Part shown: positions 1-11,753 of the stretch, piece by piece | How the letters are laid out: each line of letters opens with the position of its first letter | Numbering within the stretch: the first letter of the stretch is position 1 | Source of the DNA: Trypanosoma brucei | Taxonomy: Eukaryota | DNA length: 64,000 bases | Assembly (NCBI GenBank): GCA_000002445.1 | Contig: CM000208.1 | Coordinates: 3,296,001 to 3,360,000, forward strand | Reading direction: 5' to 3' | The notes under the pieces: generated by a model | Told to the model about the DNA's origin: nothing | The model's input: the letters and a program-made list of their open reading frames with translations, nothing else | Database searches by the model: none | Position numbers and translations under genes: made by a program

Positions 1-396
1 CCAACACCACATGCCTCCATTTCCCTCTTCTTGTTTAACCAGTCGGGTTTCTGCTTATCCATTTATTGAATTATATCAATGGTTGATATAAACAAGGGAA
101 ATATATATATTATCTTCATCTTGCTTATTAACTGTCTCAGAAACTCCTGTGGATGTAAAACAGAACGGAGCGATGAAGGAAATGAGCAAACAAACAAATT
201 ACGGTCACCATCGACGCCTTATCATCGTCTCTCTCTCTCCCTTACAGGTGCTGGTTATTATTATTTCCCTCCCCCTTCGTTTTTCTCCCTTCTTTTTTTC
301 TTTTTGTAGAGAAAATATACATTTATCCCACCTTTTATAACTTCCTTTCTGGGAGAATTCTCATGGCATCAATTTTACCTACCCACTTTAACCCAT

Positions 397-2439
397 TTAC
401 GCGTTGCGAACACCTTCAACTCGCGCGTAGATAATTTCACTTGGCTGCGTGGTCCCGTTCTGCATGGCAACACCGAAGGGCAAGCAGACGTCACACCCGA
501 ATTCCAAGAGTTCCACAACCTCCAAACGGAGGTCTTGCATTTCCTTCAGAAAGTTGGCCATGATCTCGTCCCCTTTCGTCCTTTCCAATACAACGTTCAC
601 GGCGTCTTCGCCCTCTTTGGTATTCACACCGGCGGCCTCCCGTTTGAGTAGCTCTTGCTGCATATCCTTCGCCCACGCAGCAGCTTCTGCACTGGCACGG
701 ACAATGTCGCGGGGAATGTCGACAACGGGAGCGCATGCACCAATTCGCGCCTTCTCGCCCTTGTGCTTCTCTTCCACAGTCATCATGCCACTATTTGGCG
801 CGTACGGACGGAAGATGTCAATGACTATCTCAGAGAAGTTTTTGAGAGCGTAGTTAATCTTCAGCCGTGGTGAAGCAAGGTGATCGATAACGCCCGTGCG
901 CAGAGACGAGGGCAGTCGGCTGTTGCTGCTGAAGGCATTGTTAAGCACCTCAAGCATCCGTGTTGGCATACGCCGTAGCCAAAGCACAGCATCTGCCGCT
1001 GCTGGATCGGTTAACGAAACGGCAACATCTTGCCGTGGGGGAAGAAGGCGTTGCAAAAAGGCTTTTGCAATGTTGAATGCGCTCCGCTTCGCGTCCTCCA
1101 AATCCTTCAGATCGCCAAGGTCAGGAACAGCGCACTCTAGCTCAATGCGCGTCCCCAGAAGGGACATTGCAAGAATGACGGAATGCATAAAGCCGATTAG
1201 CTGCTCCGGTTGGGATGCCGAAGGGCGGCCCGATTTGCTCTTAACCGGGGATGTAGGTTCAAAGAAGTGCTTCCCTTTTGTCATTCTCACAAGGGCGTCT
1301 ACAGCCTTGAGACCGACGGTGATACCATGGTCAACTACACCATCCACTCCAAATAGTTTGGCGATGCGTTTAATAGCCGGCTTGATGAGACCCTGAAGCA
1401 TATATTCACGGTCCCGCTCATTTCCCCACAGTTCCACAAACGGTTGCAACGTGGAGAGGAACAGTGGTGAGACGACAAAAACGTTGATCTTCATGGGAAC
1501 ATGGTTGCTTCCCCCAACGTTGCCTCCGTTTTTCGGTGGAATCACGAAAACCTCGACACGTGTGTCAATGTTGTGTAGCAGCATTTCCACGGCGACTGCA
1601 AACTTCTGGCCGTCCTCACCATCTTCGCACCACGGAGCTTTCTTGGCCGCCTCCCTTGCGTTCTCCATCTCCTTCCGAACCCACTCCACCACAAGGGCGG
1701 TTATTTTTGCGGCGACCTCTCTCGGGTTGGTTATCTGCTCACCGCTTTGACCCTGAACATTAACCACAGCGGAAATCCTCATAAGTTCCAGAACTGTCCC
1801 ACTACACGGCTCCCTACGGAAGCACAGCGATAGGGAACGAAAGTTCTTTCCGGGAATGCAACGCAGGTTCGGCGCAGAGGCATTACCCTTAATGGACTTG
1901 CCCTTGTCTGTTTTCTTTGGTGGCTCCCACGGCCTCGGCCTCCCATTCAATTCTCCGCAAGCGGTGCACTTCTTGCAGTGCTTCTTTACCCACTCGTGTG
2001 TTCCCCGTATCTCGTTGCGGCTGATAACAACAACATCTGTCGTCCGTGTCGCGGAGCTACTCGAGCTTAACGTGGAGGGTTTCTTGTCGCCACCAGGAAC
2101 AACAGCTTGTACCGCGGCCGCCAAAATCTTCCCCAAAACAACGCTGCTTTTGCCTGTAGAAGTTTCAAGTCCCTCCTCAATGGAGTAAAGAATGTCATCC
2201 ACAGCTTTGCAACCGGTGTCAATCTCCGCAAAGTTAGGTGCGGCATTACCAGCCAGCATTTGTTGACTCTTCCGCCCACGAAGCTCAGACACACGCATGA
2301 TAATATCCTGTGTGTACTGTTGCTGCTCCGCGACTACGGACGCAAGTGACTCACGCTGGGACCGTAACTCTTCCATTGCTTGCTCATGTTTCTCCTTCTC
2401 ATCACGTATCGCCTGCTGCAACTCCGCTATGGTTGCCAT
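397..2439 (-). CDS. conserved hypothetical protein with N-terminal coiled-coil (681 aa from first ATG)
   Basis: Long uninterrupted minus-strand ORF. The N-terminal ~90 aa is heptad/charged-rich (ELRSQRESLASVVAEQQQ) and there is a Cys/His cluster (HCKKCTACG). The track start at 2466 is TTG; the first in-frame ATG is at 2437-2439 (plus 'cat'). No family recognised. Confidence 0.6.
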   Translation of the reverse strand: MATIAELQQAIRDEKEKHEQAMEELRSQRESLASVVAEQQQYTQDIIMRVSELRGRKSQQMLAGNAAPNFAEIDTGCKAVDDILYSIEEGLETSTGKSSVVLGKILAAAVQAVVPGGDKKPSTLSSSSSATRTTDVVVISRNEIRGTHEWVKKHCKKCTACGELNGRPRPWEPPKKTDKGKSIKGNASAPNLRCIPGKNFRSLSLCFRREPCSGTVLELMRISAVVNVQGQSGEQITNPREVAAKITALVVEWVRKEMENAREAAKKAPWCEDGEDGQKFAVAVEMLLHNIDTRVEVFVIPPKNGGNVGGSNHVPMKINVFVVSPLFLSTLQPFVELWGNERDREYMLQGLIKPAIKRIAKLFGVDGVVDHGITVGLKAVDALVRMTKGKHFFEPTSPVKSKSGRPSASQPEQLIGFMHSVILAMSLLGTRIELECAVPDLGDLKDLEDAKRSAFNIAKAFLQRLLPPRQDVAVSLTDPAAADAVLWLRRMPTRMLEVLNNAFSSNSRLPSSLRTGVIDHLASPRLKINYALKNFSEIVIDIFRPYAPNSGMMTVEEKHKGEKARIGACAPVVDIPRDIVRASAEAAAWAKDMQQELLKREAAGVNTKEGEDAVNVVLERTKGDEIMANFLKEMQDLRLEVVELLEFGCDVCLPFGVAMQNGTTQPSEIIYARVEGVRNA

Positions 2440-2675
2440 TTGTAAGGGGTCCTCAGTAAATGCCAAAGAACGTGTACTGATAAGCGAATGAATATGTACC
2501 TATTGTGATATCACACATTGGACAGAGAACAAGGGGAAAAGGATTCGTTTGTTTTTCGAATGAAAACAATACCACACCGAAAAGGGATCAGAAAGGACAG
2601 GGACGCGCACAATCCTTGTGCATAAAACACACACCAAATTACCAAACCACACAGCGCATATACACATAGTGGTGG

Positions 2676-2695
2676 CACACACACACACACACACA
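2676..2695. repeat. (CA)10 microsatellite
   Basis: Perfect dinucleotide run read directly in the sequence, in the spacer upstream of the 397-2439 gene. Confidence 0.9.
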
Positions 2696-2725
2696 ATACA
2701 AGACAATTTTTCTCTTACGTGTGTC

Positions 2726-2752
2726 GTTTTGGTGGGAAGAGGGAGGAAAAAA
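2726..2752 (-). promoter_or_regulatory. polypyrimidine tract (as read on the minus strand), putative trans-splice/polyadenylation signal for the 397-2439 gene
   Basis: gggaagagggaggaaaaaaaaaagggg on the + strand is a ~27-nt pyrimidine run on the transcribed minus strand, ~290 nt upstream of the ATG. Such tracts are known to direct SL trans-splicing in trypanosomatids. Confidence 0.35.
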
Positions 2753-5237
2753 AAAAGGGGTTCCCGTCCAATCGTAATATCAGCGGGCGCACAGGTGCAA
2801 CTTGGGTAACGGAGAAGTTATAATTATTATTGCAGTGAAAAATACCGCGGAGAAGAGAGGAGTTAAGTGAACCACTCCCATGCTTTTCTCTTCGAATACC
2901 TTTGCCTTTCCTCCCCCCCCCTTCACCTCCATTTCCCCCTCATTTTCATTCCCTCACGTACTTTGCCGCCCCGTAGTCTTTCACCTTCCCCCCTCCCCCA
3001 TACGCGCGCACACACTTGCATCGCTTCATCCTCTTTCATTACTTCTTCTCTTAATGGTTGAACTTATTAAATAAAAATTTACTCAGAGCTTACCGTTTTC
3101 ACACAAGCATGGGCACCTTTCCCACTTAAAGTTCACGTTAATCTTAAACCCTCCTAAAGGTTGACATATTAGACGCAGGTTACATCACACCCAATGAGAG
3201 GAACTACGAAAATGAGAAGGAAAAACAGACGAAAGAACCTCCCCTCTCTTGCCCCCTTACGTCTCGGTTGATAATGATAGAAATATATATGTATATGAAT
3301 ATATATAAATATGTATATGCATACGCATACACATGCTACATATATATATATATGATGACACAACTCTAGTGGAGTATGCCTCTTCGCCTTCTCCAACCGC
3401 ACAAACTGCGCACCCACACGAAGAGGCGAAAGGAAAAAAAAAAGGAAAGCTACCAAATCAAAGAAAAGCAGAAATCAAAAACAGTCCGTGCGGGATGATC
3501 ACCACCCGCATAATTAAAATTTAATAAAGCAGTGTTGATGAACTTAAAAGGCACATGCGAGAGAGGTGTGATGGCAACAAAAGAGCTGAAAAGGATTGTA
3601 GTTACGCAAACACTCACGGGTACAAATGTGCATCGGCTTCTTTTCCCCAGCACTGATCTTCACAGCATTGTATTCACCGCATTAAAAGAAAGAAAACATT
3701 TCAAAAAGATGAACTAACATAGAGCAAAGGGCAAAGGCGAAACTTACAAGAAGCTCATCTGCAGCGACCGCCGTCACGCAGCGGTGCCGAATTTCCCCTC
3801 GGTTTTGTTCCTTTTTTCATTGCCTCTCCATGGTGAGTGGTATACATACTGCGTACTGCGTCCATAAGATAAACACGAAACACACCCGTACTACACATAC
3901 AAACAGAGAGATAAAGGCTTGATAATATATTTATATAATATATAACACAACAGAAGCACGTGTGTCATCAAAGATACACGCCGACTGTGAGATCACGTGA
4001 ACCTATCGTGTTGTCTTCTCTTTCGCGCTTTTCCGCACAAACGCGTGAGGTCTTGGTCCCCCCTTCCCCTTCCATATTTAACCCGGTTACCTCCTAAACG
4101 CACATGAAACCAATTTTTTTGCCCACTGGCATTCTGCCCCCATCCCTTATTTATCCGCAGATAAACATAACTCAGGTCACAGCGCCCACAAGACCATATC
4201 CGGAATCAACCACTCTAGAATGTAGGAACATTATCTTGCACAAAAATGCTGTTACTTCCCTTGCTCTCTTCCTTTTGACCGTCTTTTTATTTACTCCCAT
4301 TGCCTCTCAATTCGTTGAATTCTGCTACTTCAGCTTCTAAGTGAATCATGAAAAGAAAGAAAACCAGAGGAAAGCGCGAGGAGACGCGTCGCGCGTAATG
4401 AGGCATACCAGACACGCACCTCCCCTCTTGGGAACCGACGGGCAGCTGCTCTCCCTTCCTTTCTCCACGCTCTGCTCATCGCTTCCAACATAAAGCACGC
4501 ACACACCCACAGCAATGTGACAACACCGGTCTCTCCTGCTCCTATGCGCCTCTTCATCGCCCTGATTTCCTAGCTCTACTTAGTTTTCGCTAGTTCTCCG
4601 TCCATTTTTAAAAAAAATTTTAATGAATCATTAAATGTGTGTAGTCCTATCCCTCTCCCCTCCCGTCCCGTTTATCCCACACTCCGTTTCCGTTTTTTTT
4701 GCTCCAAACTTTACCCCCCCCCCACACACACACACATCAGTGAGGGGGGAGCTTGAACCATCCACTGTAACCTTACACCAGGATCACAGCCCTTCCCAGC
4801 TCCTACAACAGTCGAAGCGCCGAGTTTTGCAATGGCAAAACATACAAGAGAATGTTCCTCCCCCACTTGCTTATGAACACGCGATCGGCCGAACTGACAA
4901 GTTTGTGAAAACACCTCATAGGGAATCCCTTTAAGGTATGCACAACTCCTCAGGAGCGGCATTGACATGAAATAATAAAGCTGAGCTCAGCCAGTGCCAA
5001 CGACATGGCTGCGGAGAGACTGGGTGGTTGCACAGCTTGGGAAAATACACTCATGTACATTCCTGAAGTGAGGGCTAAAGAGATGACAGTGCGTGAACAT
5101 CATCAGAACGGGGTAAATCAAAGGGCATGAAGCAAAAAAGTTCACGCCGGACACCAATACACACATCACAAGAGAGTAAAGGTGCAGAGTACGGCCATAT
5201 CATCACTCCAGGGTTGGCCATAACAGCCTTTGTATCT

Positions 5238-6533
5238 CTACTGAGAACAATCGGCGTTGGCTGCCTCGCCCGAGGTTTGGGCAGGTGCCGCGGTGTACTT
5301 TTCGCGGACCTCGTCTATCTGAATGCGTGACCCTCCAGACCCCTTCTTTCCCTTGCTCGACTCTAACAATTTTGCCACCGTTGCCTTCACATTACCACCC
5401 GCCTCTTTTATGGCGTCGTGATCCAACTGCACGAAGGAAAAGGTGCGTATAACGTTGGTGTCCTTCTTATCATTTTGGGAAAGTAATTTCACAAGCTTAA
5501 CGGGGGCCATTGGCTCCACCAGGTCGCGTACAGTTTGCTCCGTTGCAGTGGGAGGCAAACCCTTCACAATGACGTCATAAAAAACCACGAAGCGACTAAG
5601 CGTCCGCCCCTCCGCATCCTTCCCCTTGCTGCGATTGGGACCCTCCCTACCGTTTGGTTTGCCTGAGGACCGGTCACTCGCTTCTTTTCCGTTCTTCTCA
5701 CTGCCATCGCGCTTTTTCGCCGTCGCACCCTTCTTTGCCCCCGTAGAATCCTTAGTCAGCGCTTTTGCGCCTTCTCGCTGGGGTTCGCTCGCTTTCACCC
5801 GAACTGGAGGCTCCTCAGCGTGGTCTTTGACCCCCTTCGCCACAACGAGTCGAGGAGCCACCTGACTCGCATTGCTACCTACTTGTTTCCCTAACTTGAT
5901 GGCTTCCGCAAAACTTTTCGGCCTCCGTGTCTCTGCCTCAGCATCGGGAACAGCGGGTGCACCAGAGTCAGCCGGTTTCTCCACCGCAGCTTCGGCCGCC
6001 GGTTGAGTCGTTGAACTCACCCTCTGGGCGGCGACCGCAGCCCTCGACGGAGCCAAGTCCTCCATGGGTGGTAGTTCCTCCTTCGGTGATTCCTGAGCAA
6101 ACATTGGCGGTGTCTCGAGCGCCCACCGCTTCTGTGCTTCTTCTGACGGGTTGTTTATCCGCCTGTCACGCACCACCCCGAAACTTCCAGGATGAGCTTT
6201 GTGTTCCATGAGCACAACTTCGTGGGTAAAGTTGTGGCTGAGGGTTGGCGATACGGTGAGCACCCCCTGTATTGTGAGAGAAATATTTCCATCGCTCCCC
6301 ACCTCCGATGAGAGGCTGACGATATTCACAACGGCGTCAACCAGAACGGGGTACAACCGGTCAACAGCCTCCCGTATCGCCTTTACGCCGGTGGCTTTGT
6401 GCCCAAGGTGCTCAAATGAAGCGTCCTGCACGTAGAAGTTTGGCAACTCACTCGGTTCCCGCACCAACTTCGTGTAGTACTGTTGAGTGAAACTAGCGCC
6501 AACACGCCGATGACGGTCGCTAGCCTCAGACAT
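5238..6533 (-). CDS. NTF2-like domain + C-terminal RRM-like domain protein (G3BP-like architecture)
   Basis: ATG confirmed at 6531-6533. The N-terminus (FTQQYYTKLVREPSELPNFYVQDASF) matches the NTF2 fold signature. Charged, low-complexity K/E/G/A linker. C-terminal RFVVFYDVIVKGLPPTATEQTVRDLVEPMAPVKLVKLL resembles an RRM. Confidence 0.7.
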   Translation of the reverse strand: MSEASDRHRRVGASFTQQYYTKLVREPSELPNFYVQDASFEHLGHKATGVKAIREAVDRLYPVLVDAVVNIVSLSSEVGSDGNISLTIQGVLTVSPTLSHNFTHEVVLMEHKAHPGSFGVVRDRRINNPSEEAQKRWALETPPMFAQESPKEELPPMEDLAPSRAAVAAQRVSSTTQPAAEAAVEKPADSGAPAVPDAEAETRRPKSFAEAIKLGKQVGSNASQVAPRLVVAKGVKDHAEEPPVRVKASEPQREGAKALTKDSTGAKKGATAKKRDGSEKNGKEASDRSSGKPNGREGPNRSKGKDAEGRTLSRFVVFYDVIVKGLPPTATEQTVRDLVEPMAPVKLVKLLSQNDKKDTNVIRTFSFVQLDHDAIKEAGGNVKATVAKLLESSKGKKGSGGSRIQIDEVREKYTAAPAQTSGEAANADCSQ

Positions 6534-6585
6534 TTAAATGTCACCTCTTCCCCTTCAGAAACTTCCCCTAATCCTCCCCAAACGG

Positions 6586-6611
6586 AAATGATAATGAGAA
6601 AAAGAAAAAGG
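6586..6611 (-). promoter_or_regulatory. polypyrimidine tract (as read on the minus strand) upstream of the NTF2/RRM gene
   Basis: The + strand reads gaaatgataatgagaaaaagaaaaagg, pyrimidine-rich on the minus strand, ~55-80 nt upstream of ATG 6533. Confidence 0.35.
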
Positions 6612-6891
6612 CTACGCGGGCAGATTAGACAACAATTCAGTTCAAGCGCAGTTGGCTACATCATAACTGGGTGATGATGTCAGTAGCAAAGGAAAGAACA
6701 AGTGTTCAAAAATTTACCCTTGAACGCATCCCTCGGTCAACACAGCCACCAAATCCTGTGGCTTCCGCCCCCAAAGTACACCTGTAGCCTTCGAAACCCC
6801 TTCACACGAACATCCACAAAACGTTCGTGAAGTGCATGTTTAACATAACAATCACAACGGCGTCTTCACTTGGCACCACACTTCCCTGAAG

Positions 6892-7233
6892 TTAATTCGA
6901 TGTTCCGGACGACGGTTCTGCCCTACTCCCCGCGCCCGGCCACAGTAGCGCAGTCCGTTCCTCCGGGGTCATTACTAGTTTTGCATCTAGAAATTCTTGA
7001 AAGTCCATTACAGTCCAATGGGAGTGAACGCGCGCACACTTGTCGCAGCGGCAAGTCACCAATGTCCCAGTCAACCCCGTGCAGTCACGTCGCTCACGGT
7101 GATAACTGCGGCAGTGTGCGTCCGAATCAAAAAGAATAGGGTTGGGAATGGGCTTGTAGCCCTTCGCGTACCTCTGAATGGTTTGGCAGTTACCACAACG
7201 GATAAAATACTTTTGGAAAAAGCGACTAGACAT
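6892..7233 (-). CDS. Yippee-like zinc-binding protein (113 aa)
   Basis: ATG confirmed (7231-7233). Two CxxC pairs ~45 aa apart. FIRCGNCQTI and LTGTLVTCRCDKCARVHSHW line up with the Yippee/YPEL signature (FSCANCDTIL ... [21 protein letters not shown]), compared from memory. Confidence 0.5.
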   Translation of the reverse strand: MSSRFFQKYFIRCGNCQTIQRYAKGYKPIPNPILFDSDAHCRSYHRERRDCTGLTGTLVTCRCDKCARVHSHWTVMDFQEFLDAKLVMTPEERTALLWPGAGSRAEPSSGTSN

Positions 7234-7515
7234 ATTAGCGGAAACTTGCTGTGTCCTGTAAAACAGGTACTACACTAACCGCTGTGACGAAGCCACTGGA
7301 AATTAGTGGCAATAAAGGAAGGCAAATAAACGAGTGATGAGCAGTGCAGTAGGAGTATGGTTTTTATTCACAAACACAACACAACACAACTCACAGAATG
7401 CAAATACCCACGAAGAGGCACTGCGAACTGCTGGGTATCCGCACGGTTATAAGAAATACAGAAGGGAGAACAACCGAAACAAAGAAGAAGCGAAGGTCAA
7501 GTAACTAAACACCGC

Positions 7516-8301
7516 TTAGCAAGCCAACCTCTTCCTCCGCGGGATGGGTAGTTGTTTGCCCCGCTGTCCACCCAACTCTTCCATGGATCGCTCCAACCCA
7601 AGGAACTGACCACTGCGCGAGACTTCCTCTGCGATGGGAACCATATTTGGTCTCCACGAACATGACGGACAGTATGCCGACCAAGCCACAATGTCAGGGT
7701 GCAAAGTACATTGCCCTGCCTCTACTTGCCCCGTACGACTGCGAATAGTTGACCTGTATGACCCGCCACAACCGCGGCAAGTCCACTCCGCATAAAATTT
7801 GCTTGTTACTGCTAACGTAGCCAAATTATCCCGCTTGCCGTTGTCCACGAGCTGCTCAGTTAATTCAGGAGCCGCTTGCGATACGGGCGGGCTTCCGTGC
7901 TGCTCCCCACGCACCTCTGACGGATATTTCTTCTTGCAGAAGTTACAGCCTGCGTGATATTTGGTTCGAACAGAAACGTTTTTACGATAACTGGAACCAC
8001 AAAAAGAGCACTTCCAGTAGATCCGTCGGTGGTCGTTCCAACGTATGTCCGACAGAGCGACATTCAGTTCCTCCTCCGTCCGTTTCACGTCGATGTCGGA
8101 GATTACAGCACTGTACCTGTTGGAAAAATTCAGTAAGCGATTCGAGTCTCGAGTAACCCAGTTGACACCCTTCATTGGAAGCTTCCTTCCCACGCTGTAG
8201 CTGAGAAACATGGACCCATAGCGCATGTTCGGCCATACACTGGACCAACGGGACTTCTGTTTGAACTCCGCAGCTCGGAGAATAAAGTTACGGTTGAACA
8301 T
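7516..8301 (-). CDS. hypothetical protein with duplicated zinc-ribbon (W-x-C-x2-C-G-S-Y-R ... C-x2-C) modules, 261 aa
   Basis: The track start at 8376 is GTG; the first ATG is at 8299-8301 (MFNRNFILRAAEF). Internal repeat YWKCSFCGSSYRKN...CNFC and WTCRGCGGSYRST...CPSC. Confidence 0.55.
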   Translation of the reverse strand: MFNRNFILRAAEFKQKSRWSSVWPNMRYGSMFLSYSVGRKLPMKGVNWVTRDSNRLLNFSNRYSAVISDIDVKRTEEELNVALSDIRWNDHRRIYWKCSFCGSSYRKNVSVRTKYHAGCNFCKKKYPSEVRGEQHGSPPVSQAAPELTEQLVDNGKRDNLATLAVTSKFYAEWTCRGCGGSYRSTIRSRTGQVEAGQCTLHPDIVAWSAYCPSCSWRPNMVPIAEEVSRSGQFLGLERSMEELGGQRGKQLPIPRRKRLAC

Positions 8302-9530
8302 TGCCGTACTTCTCCGTTGAAAGTGTGGCTCCCTACCGCAGACCTCCCTCTCCCCTACAACCTTACTTCCCTTCACTCCTCCGTCAAACGGCTACCACAC
8401 TAAAGATATTACGAACGGCCCCACTACGGATATATGTTGCTAAGAACGAAAAATACCCAAACGTATTCTGCAAGGTCAGTGGAGTCCCACCGTCAACCCT
8501 ACCTAGCGCTCTTGCCTCTCCGCGTCCGATGACGAAGAGTTGGACAACAGAGCCGCTAACTTAGGCACTATTTACCCTATTCGTTGCTCCGGTTTATTTT
8601 CAGTCGGAGGATAACGGCGCCTCCTTGTCCGTTGTGGTGAATAATGGTGGAAATGCAAGAAAAAAGAAAAACGCAGTTCACCCAACGGGTGTGCACATGC
8701 GTAAAAAAAAAAGCATAAGAATACATTTCAAGACGATGTTGCAAGCGATAAAATTACAGTAATAAAAAAAAGTGGGTGGAGTACCTACACAAACACTCAG
8801 TTACACACTCCCTGTCACTACAAGTTGGTGGAGGACCTTCGCTTGTGTACCCATCCACGTGCTAGTGAGTATTCGAAGGCACATGTTCTTGTTCAGGTTT
8901 TCCACACAACAAACATGGGAGTGGGCAATAAATATGTGACGCGGTCAAATAAGTGGCAGGGAGTAGATAGGGTTACACCTACTGGGGAAATGGAAGGTAT
9001 GTAGTGGTAACAAGGTACACGAGGAAATATGCTTCAAACAATAACAGGTGAAGGAAACACTGTGAAGCAGACATCACACGATACAAACACAAAACGTGAG
9101 TAGCCCAAGACGTAGCATATATCATATACGTGTATTCATATATATATATAAACATATGCAACCTGTTTCAGGCAAAATTAACGCATCTGATTAAGTACTT
9201 CTCCCACCGGATGTGAGTACACTTCAGTAGCACCGATGAGGTTATGTGGCAACACACACATTCTTCCGTTTGACCCCGTATCGCACCCCTTGTAGCATGT
9301 ACTCCGTTGGCGTTGCTACCGCTGCTACTCTCCCTTTACCTGCTCATAACGGCTGGATGTGATTGACGACAGTTAGGGACCGGGTAGACAGAAATGCGCG
9401 CCAACCTGACACTACCTTAATTGTAAGACCCCTCCTTGCCACACCACAGGAAAAGCCAGTGGACACGAGACTGGATGGAGCCGAAAGAAATATTCCGTTT
9501 GTGTTGTTTCACCGATGGCACCACTTTGGC

Positions 9531-10253
9531 TCATGCAACAAGTGAGTTGTTCATGAGCGGCTTCGGTGGAGGTGGTTTCCTGGGCTCTTTTGGCATCGGT
9601 GCCCGTCGCACCGCCTCGTGCCGCGGAGGGAAAAGCATGAAGAGAACAATACGCAGCGTCACGAACAGGGCAGACCACATGAGGATAACCCGAAACCATG
9701 CCTGGAAGAATTCTTCATTTCCTGCGAATGCTCTGCGGCGTGGATCCTTGGATGTAGCCTCTTCAGTCCCGTCGTCATCACCAAACGGATCTTTCCTCAC
9801 TTTGCCAGTATGCATTTCCTCGTAGAACTCGTCGTAACTAATTCTGCTCTTATGTTGCCGCGTGGTAAAGCGGAAGTTGCTGTAGCGGTTGGCGTTGGTC
9901 GTGCCTCCTGCACCGTCAGTACCACCATTCGAATCCTTGGGTATCCATATCCCGCTCTTTACCTGTTCATACGCCATTTGGATTTCCTGAAACTTTTCAT
10001 GGGAACCACCCGGTGCGTCAGGGTGATGTTTTCTGGCAAGCACGCGATACGCCTTCTTAATGTCCTCCTTAGAAGCTCCTTGCTTAACGCCAAGCACAGT
10101 ATATGGATTTTTCACTTCACTGGCGAGGCGGAGCTGAACGAATAGCGGAGCTGCGCCCATCGCACCGGCTGCCATCCGCCTTGAGGAAGTTGGCGTCAAC
10201 AGCCTGCGGCAGGTCCTACCACCTACAAACAAACAGCACTGACTACGCCACAT
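9531..10253 (-). CDS. DnaJ/J-domain protein with C-terminal transmembrane anchor
   Basis: J domain [33 protein letters not shown] with an HPD motif. Hydrophobic C-terminal stretch [22 protein letters not shown]. The track start at 10310 is GTG; in-frame ATGs lie at 10253 and 10175. Confidence 0.75.
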   Translation of the reverse strand: MWRSQCCLFVGGRTCRRLLTPTSSRRMAAGAMGAAPLFVQLRLASEVKNPYTVLGVKQGASKEDIKKAYRVLARKHHPDAPGGSHEKFQEIQMAYEQVKSGIWIPKDSNGGTDGAGGTTNANRYSNFRFTTRQHKSRISYDEFYEEMHTGKVRKDPFGDDDGTEEATSKDPRRRAFAGNEEFFQAWFRVILMWSALFVTLRIVLFMLFPPRHEAVRRAPMPKEPRKPPPPKPLMNNSLVA

Positions 10254-11753
10254 TTTACAGGCCCAGGAATAAACAAGTGGGTCGCGCAGGCTCCCTCCTC
10301 CTTGTTGCACTGTGTGCTTCTCTCACTTGCTCCTTTAAAGGGGGAAAACTATCGTTCGCTGATACTGTGTTGCAGCCGCCACCGTGTTACAGACTTATCT
10401 GGTATTAGTGTGTGATCGTTAAATCTTTTCTTAGATGTGTTTTGAATAAACCTTATGGAGGTCACCTGCCTTCTGCTCCCCTTTTATTTTGTTAACCTGC
10501 TCCTAACACCACTTTGTCCGCCAACTTTCTGGCAAACCTTCTCTTAACAATTATCCTCGTCGATGGTAACCTGTTACTGCGAGGCACTTACACGGAGGGA
10601 TTGCTGTAACAGGCAGAGTACAAACCGCACGTGCAACGCAGTCGGAGCCACAACTGGTCTCAAGTGGTCTCTCCGAGTTCTCACTTCCTACGACGTAATA
10701 TTTTGGAAAGAAGCAATAACAAGAATGAAAGTAATATAAGGGGGAAAAGAAGTCATGTTCGCTTATCTCACTTCCTTCTACCACTCACACGCAGCTACTG
10801 TTGTTGATTCACGTTTATATGTTAGTTTATCCACCTCTAAACGGCAGAGAAGACCGAAAGCAATGCGCAAACTCTGCATCATACCCACACCCTCACCACA
10901 CTCACGTATTTTCCATATTGATGGATCTTTTGAGTGGAGGAGAATGCAGCAGCAAGGAGGGAAGAAGGACATAGTATACATATTAGCGGAACCGCACGTG
11001 ACCGGATTGTTTTCCGGCACGCACAACCATATTCCAGCAGTAAGCCAAGCTAAAGCGTACGTAACGGGGGTTCGAGGCCTCTGGGAAAGAAAAGTAAAAA
11101 AAAAAAGAAAGAGGAAACAAAAAAAGTGGACCGGAACGGAATAAAAAGAGAAGAGAAATGAAAACGGCCCCCCCCAGTAGAAAAATATGGACAACGATCA
11201 CGATATGTGTTGCTTTAAACTCCCGTACTTACCCTCTTCGAATGTTACGCACCAAATGTATCTTTTATTGGTTTACCCCACCTTATATTGTACCGCACAT
11301 AACGCGAAGGTCGCAACCCTGCCACCACCACCTCCCTCCATCCCCAACGACGTGACGAGTAATGTTTCAGAGCAATCCCTTCAATGAGTTGCTCTTTACA
11401 CCATTGTTGGCACTGTTACTACTTTTACCGGCACATACTCACATTACTATACGAGGTCGGGGGATAAAATAACACAAACCAGTCAACAGTGGGGGTGACG
11501 GTCCGCTCTCACCACCACTTCCTTGGTATGCACGATGACAGACAGGCAAAATGGTGTAAACAAATCGCTCGAGAATGGGGTGTGCGTTTGTAACGGTAAA
11601 AAGTGTATTGGAGGGGGCACCGGAGGGAAGGAAACAGGAGATAAGAAAAAAAGACGGCGTTGAAGCAAAAAGATGTGGGGAAAGACAAATTAAGCCCACT
11701 CGCAGGTACCCGATGAACCCCCCCCTTCCATGTCTATGGGCACATCTTATACA

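Noticed and set aside
896-1396. Plus-strand ORFs (for example 896-1396, 20081-20659 at 192 aa, 59665-60153 at 162 aa, 16525-16989) overlapping the large minus-strand genes
   Set aside because: They lie antisense to strong, family-assignable minus-strand ORFs and have Ser/Pro/Arg-biased composition typical of antisense shadow ORFs. No motifs.
7960-7980. tRNA-like GGTTCGA / AGTGG box matches (7968, 11062, 55361, 57308)
   Set aside because: The flanks cannot be folded into acceptor, D and T stems. The 7968 hit is inside a coding region. No convincing tRNA, snRNA or SL RNA gene found.
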